64,000 nucleotides of DNA, taken from NCBI GenBank assembly GCA_010356995.1, contig ML996699.1, forward strand, positions 651,697 through 715,696, in the 5' to 3' direction. Below, piece by piece: positions 1 to 12,589 of this stretch (positions within the stretch are counted from its first letter, which is position 1; each line of letters begins with the position of its first letter). Below the pieces are notes generated by a model. That model worked only from the letters and a program-made list of their open reading frames with translations, ran no database searches and had not been told where the DNA came from. The DNA comes from Trichodelitschia bisporula (Eukaryota). A program made the position numbers and the translations under genes.

Positions 1-609
1 AAAATCGACTACGCCGTATACCGTATATGTGGAGAGCTTGAGCATCTCCATCGCAAGACATCCAAGCCGATGCTTCATGTGAACCTAGTAACTTGTGCCC
101 TTACAGTACTAGAATACTCCATTGAAAACGTGAAGTTTCCCACTGCCAGTGTCACTTTCCTCCCTCGGTGCCGAGAAAACGCCGATCGGCGGCGCAGACC
201 CGACTCCGAAAGGTCCCCTTCAACGTTCTCCAACACTTTCTCCGCCATCAATCCATCATCAAGACGTCCAACACTTAGCGATTTTCTTCATCCACTATCC
301 ACCCCGCCGCCTGGTCATTTTGTACGGTTCAAAGCTGTACACCCTGCGCGTACATCTCGCAGTCATCTCAGAGACTCCAGCTTAATTCTCGATATTCGGA
401 ACCGCAAAAGCCCCCCAACTTCTAATTCACGGGTTTTCCATTGGCACCACGAGTGACGCGATGGATTCTGCTTTGCAACAGTAAATAAATACTTCAAATC
501 CCCGCTTTCGTTCTTCTATTCTGAAGCTCTCGTTGCTTCCTTACTTTTCTCTCCCCTCCTTCCCCTTCATCTCTCTGCTCTTTTTCTTTCCCCCCTCGCT
601 TGGTTCATA

Positions 610-2261
610 ATGAATGATTTCGACTTTGAATCGACTTGCGCCGACGATACAGCATATACGCCACATGCTTCACTTTTCTCTCAAATCGACCGGTTCAAAT
701 GTGCTGACATTAATAGGAATGCTCTGGTCGAGGCTAGTATACTTATATACTTTGCCGATAGTTAGTTAACCCCGTCTAGGAGCTTGTAGCTCGTCACGAA
801 ATGGCCCAACAGGGGTGCGCTGACGCATTAATGGAACTCGAGCGCCAGAGGCGGCTGAATATTCAGCTGCAATACGAAAAAGATCAGCTTGAGAGCGACA
901 TGTGTCACCTCAAGATTCAGATGGTCGGTACTGCGCTTTTCCTTGGGCCAAAGCTAACCATGATAGACCATGGATCCTTTTATCGTTGTTCTAATCGACG
1001 GCGATGGCATGATTGTAGGCGTTCTGTATATACGTTAAAGTCTTTACTAATATATATTAGTTTCATGACTCTCTTCTCGTTGCTGGCGAAGATGGTGGCA
1101 AAAGGGCTGCTCGTCTCCTGGAAAGCTCCGCAAAATTGTTCCTTCATCATCTGTTTCCCGAGCTCCCAACGGGCGTCAAGGTCCAAGCTCGGGTGTATGC
1201 TAACCTCCAAAAGATGGCACACGACTGTGCTGAAATGGGCTTGGTTAACGATCCTTCGGTCGTTGTGGACTTCGCGCATGGGCTTTCGCTAGGAAATTCC
1301 CTAGTGGACTTCATTGATGTTGGGAGCGATGATCTGACGAAGAAAGTCTTCGGTGTGTTAGACCCCACATGAAAGAGCTCGCAGGAACGGCCTAGTTAAC
1401 AAGATCATAGATGTTTTCCAAGTCTTCGCCCACGACTCCCACTGTCGTCAGGTTATTTTTGGATGTTCCCATGAAAAGGGGTATGCACCGCGGCTTGTGC
1501 AATACACCAGCGACCCGAAGATGGTTGATAAAATTACCTTGCTCGTGGGAACTCCGTTTGAGCCGGAGCTCGATGCGTTGCCTTTCCGCAAAGAGCAGTT
1601 TGGCAGCCTGTTTCGAACGAAAAAAATCAGCCAAGGCCGTATGCGCTCGGAAAACGGCTCGCCTGCTCCCTCGTACAATAGCCCGGCTGTTTCTCAGGCT
1701 CCCCTTGCTCCCTCGCACAACAGCCCGACTGTTTCTCAGGCTCCTCTTGCTTCATGGGCACAGACGGCGGCTGCGGTAGCCGCGCTCCCAGTCCAGGACA
1801 ATGTCCCAGTCCAGGATAATGTCAAGAAGCAGGATCGCGAATGGCCCACGCCGCAGACCCCAGATGATATTCCTCGCAACACCAAGGGGCAGCGTATCGA
1901 CCCGCCTCCTCCGGCATACAACCAGGTGGAGTTGGCCCGCGTTCGGAAAATCAAGATGTGCAATGTCCACTACTTGCGAGGGGCTTGTACCTTCGGCAAC
2001 AGATGTACTCATATTCATACGTACAAGCCTACTCCGTCTGAGTTCGAGACCTTGAAGCTTATCACGCGCCTTGAGCCATGCATCTACGGTACCGGCTGCG
2101 AAGTAGTCGACTGTTTGTACGGCCATAGGTGCCATCTTCCCAAGCGCGATCGCAAGGGGAAGGGGAAAGGAAAGAACTGCATTCACGGTGAGACCTGTCG
2201 GTTTTCGGGCGAACTGCACCACATCGACTGCCGCGTTGCGAAGCTCACGAAGGTCACCTAG
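610..2261 (+). CDS. Tandem CCCH zinc-finger protein with an N-terminal coiled coil and an NYN-like (DGDG motif) domain; 5 exons
   Basis: Splicing (introns ending at 779, 966, 1060 and 1410) gives MNDFDFES...TMDPFIVVLIDGDGMIFHDSLLVAGEDGGKRAA...CRQVIFGCSHEKGY. The C-terminus has C-x8-C-x5-C-x3-H-type fingers (CNVHYLRGACTFGNRCTHIH, CIYGTGCEVVDCLYGHRC). Stop TAG at 2259-2261. The first donor site is uncertain. Confidence 0.8.
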
Positions 2262-2663
2262 TCTGGATTTCTGGACGATGACAGCATCGGCTCAGGCTTG
2301 TTTCTCCGATTTCTTTGCCGTCATGGTTTAACTACTGTGATAGCGAGGGTGCGGAGTTACATAGACTCCGATGTGCATAGCTTGTCGAATCGGGGGTATG
2401 ACTGACGTGATGCTCGAATAATGCATGGACGGCTTGTCTGGCTGATAATACTTGAAATGATGATGATTTTTATGAATCAAGTGGAAGTGCAAGATCAAGG
2501 AGAGATGAATTCGTCTAGAGGTGTCTTCCAGCCACTCAATCCCCAATTATGAAGTGAGATGTACAGGAGAATCGGTTCATAAGCCACGATATACTACAGG
2601 GACTTTTGCCTCATGCTTCCCGTCCAAGGCCATCATAATAAACCCACGCATTCACTACGTCAC

Positions 2664-3242
2664 TCATGGTCTCAGCACACGGAGACCGTCTCTGGACTCG
2701 CGCGCCGCCCGCTTGAACGACTGACGGCATTAGCAAAGGTGCTGCATCCACAAGATCCGCCCACACTTACGTTGTCGCATTCTTCAACGGCACGTCCAGC
2801 ACCGAATCCGAGACCCACGTACGCTGGCCAAGCCCTACGCTTGAAGAGGAGAACCGAGAAGATGACGCCGAAGGAGAGACCGAGACCGGAGCGGATCAGG
2901 AGCGATGAGAGACAGCGATCCCACTAGGGGAAAGTTAGCCTAGTAAGTAGAGAAAGTGGCGACACTGAGTGGAATCAACGTTGAAATGAATTTCAACCTT
3001 CCTCACACCACGCTTCCACTGCGAGACATCCTTTGGCGGGGAATACCGGAATCCAACGCCGAGCTCTCCAGTCTCGCCAACGACATATCGTCGGAACCAG
3101 ACCATGGAAAGAACGGCGCAAGTTTCCGAGGCAAAGAGAGCGCACAGCTTCATACCTTATCATTGAGCAGCGCTTCGCTCAAGGGACGCGCTGACCGCGC
3201 AGCGGGAGCTTGGGTCTGAGGTGCGGAGCTTTCGTCGGCCAT
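2664..3242 (-). CDS. MIC10: MICOS complex subunit Mic10
   Basis: Exons 3242-3156, 2923-2771 and 2720-2664 give MADESS...LSEALLNDK|WDRCLSSLLIRSGLGLSFGVIFSVLLFKRRAWPAYVGLGFGAGRAVEECDN|SFKRAARESRDGLRVLRP. Two GxGxGxG-type transmembrane segments flank KRR, as in Mic10. Confidence 0.93.
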
Positions 3243-3592
3243 GTTTGCTGCAGTCAATTGAACAGTTAGCGCGATGACGAGGTGGCATTTCACAATGAAG
3301 GTCAAGGCAACGTACAGTGGACCGATTGGGGAGATGCAACGGGTGAGAGTTGAGCAGTAGCGAGGCACGCGAGATTAGGAACGGGCAGCTGTCCCTTCGA
3401 CTTCCGCGCCTTTCTTCCGAGGGCAGGCGTTGACGTCTCGGCCCGCAAATCTTGGCGGCTGCACGGACCACGGAACTTTTTTTGGAGATGAAGCATGCGC
3501 GACTTCGATGTGACAGGCGCAAGGCTACGAAGTGGATCAAGATCTCGACTCGCACTCGTTTTTGACCTACACTGAAAGAAGCACCCGGCAAT

Positions 3593-6500
3593 ATGGCTCC
3601 TCCTGTATGATTGACTTCTCTCTCCCTTTTTCAGTTACTAACGCCAGACAGACGGAGCATAAGCCTTCGCTTCCCCAGCTGCTGGCCCTGGACAAGGACT
3701 ACGAAAGCTTCGAACGGCGCCTTCAACAAGCTGCCCGCCTCGCAGGCATCCGATCGGATATTTTGGACTCGAATGAGATAGCCTCAGCTACATTCGCAAA
3801 AGGGCCGACCCAAAGCCGTGCAGAGTGGGTACTTCGGTGGCTCCTCGATAAACTCCGGGCGCAGGATGACGCGGGCAAGAAGGCAAGGGCATCGTCACGT
3901 TCATGGACACTCCTGAAGGAGCTCGTCCTTTCTGTCCCGATGTCGAATGCTTCTCGATTGTTGAATAGCAACCAAGTCCTCTCCATCGTCCAGACTACCC
4001 TCGAAGAGAACCAGATGGTCCTCCGCGGCCTACTCCCAGGCAGTCGGCAAAGGGATGTGCGTTGGTATTGGCCGGAAGATTTGGAGACCTCCGACTCCAG
4101 CACCACGGTTGATGGATACGAGGCAGTGTCTAAGAAGAGAAAGCGATGGGCTGAAAGCTCGCCCTCCCAGCGCCGTATTATCGACGGGTACCACCCAGGC
4201 AAGTTACTGGAAGTCATCGGCGCATTCATAATCGCTCTAGTCGACCTATCACGGTCGTCTAGCTCGGAAATTAATGCTGTAGCATCCGAGCACATCAAGT
4301 CAGTTCTACGTCTGGACACCGCTCGAGCATCTCGGCTGCTTTCTCTCTGGCTATCTGCAATTCACGCCGCCAGCACCATGGAGCCATCTTCATCTTCTGT
4401 GGCCCCTGCTCTAGCAATTTGGGGAATGAGATCAGTAGATGCAGAAGGACCCGATGTTGCGTCGGCGGCCTTCTGTGCCGACTGCCTCATTCCAGCTCTA
4501 AAGCTCCACGACACGCTCAAAACCCGGAGTTCAACTCAAAAAGCAACTGAGACATTGCTTGAACAAATTGCTTCTCTTGAAGCGTTGTTCGCAAAGCATC
4601 TCCTACTACCGGCGCGAGCGTTTTTTCACGCAGCCAGCCGGACCGAAGGCTTCGCAGAGACATATGGCCACACGCGACTGAGATCGTACCTTGAGCCCTT
4701 GAAAATTGAGCTGCAGCAAGCTAAAGGCACAGCAAACTTCACGAACCTGTCCCGGAAGCTGGTTTACGGGTTGTTCAGTGAAGCCATAAAGCTTTCGCCT
4801 CGGTCCTCCCCCAGGCAAAAAAGTGCTGAGGTTCCGTGGATTGAGGCTGTGATCGATGGCTTGCTTGAATGCACGGGCGAGCCTACTCTGGACAGCAGCA
4901 CGTTTCTTTCGTACAAATATGGTCTCTCGCCTTTAGTACCAATGCTCCAGCTTGCCCAGAAGTCTGACATCAAGCTCAGTAAGGACTTTTTGAAGAAGAT
5001 TCTGGACAAGTATTCGGGTTTGTCCGACGTTTTCGATGCCGCCTCCCCGACCTTTAGGCCGGAAACTGAGGCCAATTTTGCGCCCGACCCATCCAAGGAA
5101 GGGCCGCCTCTCCGTTGGACCCTTATATCTCAGGTCTTGAAGCTCAACGGATCACTCTTCCTGGATGAGCGGATTGCAGGCAATGATGAGCTATTGCTTA
5201 CCGCGTTGCTCAAAGCCATATCTGCAACAGAATGGTCTGTCCTTCCCGGCGAGGGATGTGGCGCTTATCATAAAGGTTCTGATTGGTGGCAATGGGTTAA
5301 TTCCTTCCATTCGGTTGCTCACGACATCATCATCCCTTTAATGGAAACCTTTATCGGTTCTCGCAACCTGGGCGGATTTTTGTCACTCTGGCATGAACAG
5401 GCAGCTTCTCATGCCCAAAGAGCGAGATACTGCTTTCCGTGGTTATCAGATAAAATTGCTCCAGCTTTACGACAACATCTTGAGAGCAGCATGACCGTGG
5501 ATCAGATCAAGTACTACCTTGATGTATTCAGTAAACCAATTGCGAATCTCAACTCCGATCTTGAAGACCCCATTCTGCGAGATAGAGTAGCGGCCTCTGT
5601 ACTGGTGGTGGATGCGATTCTCGGCTCAATCGTCCAAGCTGAGACCATTCAGAAACTGAAGTCGACTTTGCTATCATCACAGCTCCCAATGCCGGATTGC
5701 AGCGTTGCCAAATGGCAGTTTTCTGGCTATATATGGAGTATTCTCAGGCGACGCCAGGAGTTTTCCAGAATCACGGGCATTCCCGAGACCTTCAACGGTG
5801 GAGTGGCACTTCACTCACCCTGCGCCCTCGAGACCGTGACCAGTGCCATCCGATGGGCTCTGGAGGAGGAAGGATTGGAGGAGGACGGCTTTGTCGAATA
5901 TTTTGAGGGTCGGTTGGATGTATCACTGAATGCGCTTCTGTTTGTCACCGTTCTCTGTTCGAAGGTGGCTGATTCGCCAGACTCTGCCAAACTGGCCCAG
6001 AAAACGATTGCTGAGGCTGTCGAGCCGTTCCAACGAGTTCTTAGTTGGGATCATGGAGTTACTCCATACTGGGCCTACCGCATCTTCAGTGCATGTCTGG
6101 TCGCACTCTCTGAAACGCCCCGGAGTCTATTGTACGTTGGCTTCTTGGTGGTGGCATCCTCTAACGTTGACAGGCTCCTTGCATCGGAACCAAGGCAGCA
6201 GTTGTTCGAGAACATCAGCATTTTGAGGTATCCAGCCTCCGAAAAGCTACGTGAGGCGACAGGAGATGCCGTACTACTTGCCGCTTCCAATACTGTTCGA
6301 GGTGAGAGGCTTCGGACCTCGTTATATTCATCTAACGGCTTCTAGATGAGTACTTGGACGCCCTGATCAAGTGCATTCGCCCCTCCGGCTGGGACCTATC
6401 TCTAAAAGCCGCCATCAAGCAACTTCAGAAGTTCCCCTCGGCTGCTATTCCTCGCAGGAGTCGAGAAAGAATATTGGACGCTTTGCTCACTTGCTCCGTG

Positions 6501-8308
6501 GACTGTTCACATCCTATTGCCGCAGACATGATTCCTGAAATCCTCAATCTGATGGTTAGGCTCTTGGAGTTTTCTAGTCCGGGCGCAAAGATGTGCACTG
6601 ATGCCGAGACTCTTTTCGCATTTTGCAAAACTCTCGATGCGCGCGCCTCCTTTGTGATCGAAGGCGACGGATCCTTACGGTTGCTAGACAAGCTATTTTC
6701 CGGTATATTTCAGCACATTGAAGCGGACGCCGCGCTCGATCGCAGCAGGGAATTCGTACGAAGCTTCAATGCTGCCTTCGAAAAGGTATTCACAAAAGGC
6801 TCAAGCTCAAGCGATGAAAAAGCCGCCAGTTTTCTCAAGGCTCCCGTAACGTTGGCCATGGTCAAGACGTGGCTCCAAACGCTCTGCAGAATTCCTGGCT
6901 CACCAGAGATCACCCCACAGTATCGCAAAGTCTTGTCCTCTGACTTTGAGCATCTGGCTGCGAACGTGGACGACGACAAGCTTTGGACTCCAAGGAGAGC
7001 TGTCTTCTTCGCCGTTCTTGACTTCCCCAAGGTGTTCTTGCCTGAAGGCAGCATTGCCACAACTTCCTCACGCCCTCGTCTACAGGCCGTGGAACCGAAA
7101 CTGGACCTTGATGTTGCGAGGCTCTACCCCTCTGAAGATGGCAAGGATTCTCTCAAAACTGGCAAGAGCAGTACTGAAGTTGGAGCTGAGTTTGCAAAAT
7201 TCATGGCTCTACTGCCGGCAACTGATGAAGAGATCGTTATTTTGAGACAGGCTTTGAAGTTGCTAAACCTAGACCTTCCCCCTGCTGAGAGAGCTGCTAT
7301 AGACGAGTCTTTGCAGCTTAGGCCTCTCAATGATACCCGTGGTTACGCGGAGATTGACTGGTTGATGGAGCAAGCCGAGCAGAAGCGAGATGCGGGCTAC
7401 TTGAAGTTGCTAGGGATCATTCTCAAGCGCAAGGATGGTAAGTCGCCCGCATCGCGAGACGTATCCCATGCTGACTCTCCAGCTGCTCCCCCTGGGGCCG
7501 CTACAGACGGTAGTAAAGCTCTGCTCCCCAAGCTGTGCGGGTACATGAAAGCAGCATCAACAATCGCCGACTTCGGCGCCTCAATCTCCTGCATCGACAT
7601 CATCCTCAGGGAAAAGGTAAAGCCCCTCTCCCCACCTTGCAGACCAAGTTAACCCTCCAGCCCTGGCTCATAACCCAATACGCCATCGACACCCTCCTCA
7701 CCACCCTAACTGCCCTCGCCTCCCCCACCTCCCCCTCCCTTCCACCTGAACACGCCCTCTTCATCCACACCCACCTCACCCGCACCGCCACTACCCTCGT
7801 CTCCCTCCACCGCAAGCGCCTCGGCGGCCGCATGCATCTCCTCGTCCCTCTCCTACAGGCCCTGCTCACGTGCCTCTTCACCCAGCACCGGTATGCGACA
7901 GCGCGCACACGCCTCGCCCACCCGCCCTGGCTATCCGAACCGCTCCCCGTCGGCGCCGCGACAGCATACACGCGACTGTTGACTACGCTGTGCGATCCCA
8001 CCGTGTCGAGCGCAACGGCGCATCGGCGGCGCGCGGGGGCGGAGTTGGTGGACGAGACGAAACGGGCTCGGCAGTATGTGGGCGAGTTCGTAGGGTATGT
8101 GCTTATGCAATATTGCACGTGTCAGCTGGGGGGCACGATGGAGAGCGAGGTGAGGGAGGTGCTGAGGCCGGGGCTGTGGGCTATGATGGATGTGGTTAGG
8201 ATGGAGGGGATGAGGGCTATGAATGCAGGGATGGGCAAGGATGAGAGGGTGCTTTGGGGGGCGATGTATAGTGAGTGGAGGAGGTTTGGACGGTGGAGGG
8301 GGAAGTAG
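3593..8308 (+). CDS. URB2: Nucleolar pre-ribosomal processing protein Urb2/Npa2
   Basis: Long helical protein joined across introns 3605-3651, 6132-6173, 6302-6345, 7438-7482 and 7617-7660. N-terminal EWVLRWLLDKL. The C-terminal domain HRKRLGGRMHLLVPLLQALL...YTRLLTTLCDPT...LRPGLWAMMD...LYSEW-like...GRWRG matches the fungal Urb2 pattern. Confidence 0.85.
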
Positions 8309-8503
8309 GAGACCGAGGTGATGGTGTACGAGAAGGAATAATAATGATTATACGGTGCTTCGCTGACGTCGTTCTTACTCTGTGATTCATGGTATCATCT
8401 TTGATTTCGTCACGCTAACTTTGGCCTCCCTAGTTCTAGACGCCTAAGGGAACATGTTCTACAACGCCAGACCAGCCGCCCAGCCCCCCCCCAATGAACT
8501 AGT

Positions 8504-11500
8504 CTATCTCTTCCGGCAAATATCCGACAACTTGACCACAATATCGTTGTTATGCTGGAACCCCTTCCCCATCCCCGACGCCACCTTCCCATCAATCTGA
8601 TTGCGAATCTTCGCCATCCCCTGCATCTCCTCCCTCGTCCCCCTCCCAATCGCCCCCCCCGCAAACCCATTCATCAATATCCCCATCACCGCCAACGGCG
8701 CTGACTCTGGATTGATCACCGCATCCGCAACTCCGAGCCCGATATCCGCCCCAACGCCCATGACTGCAAACACGCGCGCCATGTTCGCCAGTCCCGCGGA
8801 GAGCGCGCCTAACTCACCGATGAAGGGCACGACGGCGAAAATGGCGCCGAGGATCGTGAGGATGAGCGCTTGCTGCTCGCGCTTTTTTTCTTTCTTCCCG
8901 ATATCGCGCACCGTGCCGATTTGTTCGATCGCCTGGGAGAGCAGCATTGCGGGGACGGAGTACACTTTGAATGGGTCCGAGAGCGTGCCTTCCTGCCCCG
9001 AGGTGACCATATCCAGCTCGCTCTCGGTAACGCGGAGGAGCAGATCCTGCGCGTTGGGCAGGGCGAGCTCGATGATTTCCTTGGGATTCGGAACCGGATA
9101 GTCAGAGTTCATCTGCGGGATACCTAGGTACTCCCACGTGGAAATGGGGGTGCGATCAATCCCGCCATTGAACCCACTATCCTTACCATTGAAATTCACC
9201 CAACTCTTATCAATCCCCGTCTTCTCCGCCAACTCCTTCCAAAACCCATTCGCATCCCTTAGCGTAAACCGCATGCTGAATTTCGCGCTCAGGCCCGGCT
9301 TGTATTTAGTCAGATAGTCCTTGTCGCCGCAGGGTCCCTTTTCCGCCACGCTGTTGGAGCGCGTGGATTGGCAGTCGAAGTATTTAAGTCCCGGGCCGTC
9401 GCCCTCCCACCACCCCATGAAGTCCTTGATCTCACGGGCCATGTAGCTGCGGAAGACTTTACTGTAGGCGTTGAACAGGTCGTCGTAGCCTGGTTTTGTC
9501 TTGTTGTACTCCGACAGCGCGGTCTCGATCATAGTCCCTGATGTCGCGATGCCGGCGATGTACACGCAGTACGGGTCCATGGTGCTGGAGGCCTTGTCCA
9601 GGGCGTCGAAGGTGGGGAATTCGAGGTTAAAGTTGCACATCAGCGGGCCTGGTTCTTCGTCCTGGCGCTCGAGGGCGCCTTTCCGTGTGCCGCCGATGGT
9701 GGCGCCTTTGTTGGAGAGCAGGAGCCAGGCGTTTGTTGCGGTGGCGAAGCCGTTCTCTTCCGTTTTGCGCTCGACGGTTTTGAGGCTGGGAATCAAGTCA
9801 GCATCGCTCGGGATCCGCGGAACAGCAACCTACCCCTGAGGACTGATCACCTCCTTGCCCCCAACGGTAAACAGGTTGAACATCCACACGCCCTCCGAGT
9901 AATCCGTATCAATCAGCCTATCCTGACACACACCCCCAAACTTCGCACAGTCATCCTTATAATCCGTAAAAAAAGCATAAAAACCCCCGCCATACAGATA
10001 CACATTCCGACTCTTAATAACCCTCAGCGCCCACGCCTCGCGACACGTATCAAACCCCTTCGCCGCCCCACAATCCGCAAACTCAGGATCGTAGGCAAAG
10101 TGCTCGCTCGGCGGGTACGGGCGGAGGGACGGCGTCTGCCCGGCCTGGAAGTACGGCGTCTCGGACTGGATGTGTCCGAGGTAGATATTGTTCGCGCCAG
10201 CCAGCTGCCAGTTGTACAGCGTAGAGTGCTCGTTCGACACGCTGTACACCCAGCTCGGGCCCTGGGACTCGATGAGGACGCCGCGGGCCCCGTAGATGTT
10301 GATCCGGGTCTGTAGCTTCGATTCCACATCATGATCTGCGCCTCGCATTAGCATCATCCCTTCAAACCCTCCCCTCTCCTCTCCTCCTCTCAAAAAAGGA
10401 AAAAACATACCAGCCACCCAGAACCACATATTCTCCATATAAATCGAGCTGCCAGACCTAACATGCAACATCATCGCCGCCGCCATACAGCTCTCCTGTT
10501 TCTGCGCCCCAAACTGGTGACAATTGCTCTCGAGCAGCCCACTCCCCGCCGCGCCGCCCACGCGGAATATCACGTCGAACATGGCAGCGCTGCCTTGGTT
10601 CGATTGGTAGATGTTCCATTCCATGAGCACGGCGCCCGCGGTCGGGCCGGACTGCGTGAAGAGCATATCTGAGATTTCGACGGCGCCGACGTCGCCGGGC
10701 TGGCCCACCCTGCTCACGTTAGCTTTATCGTCTGTGGATGGGGGGTGGTGGAGCGACCGTACCTGGCGAGAATATAGGGATGATCTGGATCCGCAAACTT
10801 GGCCCCCGTAGCCACAATCTGGCTCCACAGCACACCCACCATGCGTGTCCCTGACGGAATGAAAAGCGTCTCATCAACCAAATATATCCCGGCGGGAAAC
10901 ACAAGAACCTTCTTCTCCCCCGCCGCCTTTGCCAACGCCTCATTAATCCCCCGCGCATTCCCCGCCGCGCTGGTCCCATCGTTCTTAACCCCGAAGTCTA
11001 GGACGTTGATGAAATTTCCCGCGGGCTCGCGGTGGTACATCGGTTTCTCGCGCTCGTACCAGTCATCCAGTAGCAGCAGACCAGGATCCTTCTTCGGGAC
11101 CGGAATCGGACCCATGGTTATCCGCCCCTCGGGCGACGCATCGTCAAACCGCCGCCCTAGGCCCCAGAGCGGGATTTTCTGCGGCCCGCCGGCGAGGAGC
11201 GCGTCCCCTGTGTTGGAGGCGACGGCGACGCGGGAGGAGCCCGCGAGCTCGATGTTTTCGAGGAGGACGGTGGCTTGGTACCCGGTTGTTTGGAGGACGA
11301 TGAGCATGGTGTCGACGTTGGTGAAGCTGCTGCCTTGGACGATCAGAGAGCCGGTACTCTGCTTCTTCTGCGTGTTGCCGTCGACGCCGAAGCCTGTTGC
11401 GTTGATGCCGACTTTGCAGTCGGACACGAGCATTGATTTCCAGGTGAAGCCCCAGGACCAGAGCATTTCGATTGCCGTCCTAAGCCGTTAGCAGCGTCCA

Positions 11501-12589
11501 ATTGGGTGCGGAGATTACCCTACTGGCACTTCGAGAAGCGCAGGTTACGCGCCGTGTACTGCTGACTGCCCGCCACGAAGCCAACCGCGCCGCCAGTGAA
11601 AGATAAGTCGCTCACGAAACCTAGCCCGTTAGCCGGTCCGCTCAGCCCCGTGGAGCTTACTCACCTCCGCTCCCGTTTTCCATGAAGACACCGCGGTGCG
11701 TAGCCCCCGCCGTGGTCGGCATCTTAAAGTCGAGATTGTGCAACGTGCACGCCTGTGACACCTGCCAATGAATACCAGCCGGGAACCCATTCCCCACCCC
11801 CCCCTCGACATAATTCGGCATGAGCGTAAGATCCAGCACCAAATTCCTAATCTGGCGATAAAAATTGTTCTGATTGATCCACCTATGCACCCAAATTAGC
11901 CCGTTCCCCACCCCCATACTCAAATCAACTCACCAGTTCTGCCCATTGCTCTCCGGGATATAAACATCCGTATCAACCAGCGCAATGCCCTTGAAATCCT
12001 TCGCCCCGAGGATAACAGCGCGATCGGACGGGTCCCCGGCGAAGACCGTGAAGTAGTACTGGATGATAGGCTTCGTGATCAGGTACTTCCCCGGCGGGAA
12101 GTACACCACCGCCCCTTTGGTCGAGGTTGCATTGCACCCCTCGCCACACCGGCCCCCCCTCGTCACAGCGCTCATAATCGCCGCCCAGTCATCCGTGACC
12201 CCATCGCCCTTCGCACCATACGCCTTCACGTTGCGCAGGACGGGGTAATCAGCGGATCCGGCGAGGGGCTGCTTGTGCGCGTATTTCGGGTCAGCCATCC
12301 AATACGCCATCGGGGCTTGGGCGAAGCCTTCCGTGCTGGAGGTGAGGCGGAAGTTGGCGGTGACGTTGGCGAAGCGGGGGGGGGAGGGGGAGGAGGAGTT
12401 CAGGTGGGTTAGACCTGGGTTGGAGTCGAGGTGCAGGGCGAGGATTTCGGAGGTTAGGGCGGCGGTGCTGTTCATGTATGCTGCGTAGGGGGCGCCGGGG
12501 GGGCCGATGGCCATGAAGCTGCATGTTGAGAGAGTGGAGAAGTAGATGAGGAGAAGGGTGGTCAGGAGGGGACCGTAGGAGACGGCCAT
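8504..12589 (-). CDS. Secreted GH55 exo-beta-1,3-glucanase (two beta-helix domains) fused to a ~425 aa C-terminal region ending in a hydrophobic hairpin
   Basis: Signal peptide MAVSYGPLLTTLLLIYFSTLSTCS. GH55 motifs RNVKAYGAKGDGVTDDWAAI, VYFPPGKY, NQNNFYRQIRN, GIHWQVSQA, ENGSGG, WVADHD, QSETPYFQ. Introns 11883-11933, 11621-11664, ~11480-11524, ~10711-10762, 10336-10410 and 9786-9833. The last intron joins ISPQG in frame to LKTVERK of the 8504-9785 exon. Confidence 0.85.

Noticed and set aside
2924..3155. TPP riboswitch in the MIC10 intron
   Set aside because: The CUGAGA and UGAU..UAAU core motifs are absent and the host gene is unrelated to thiamine.
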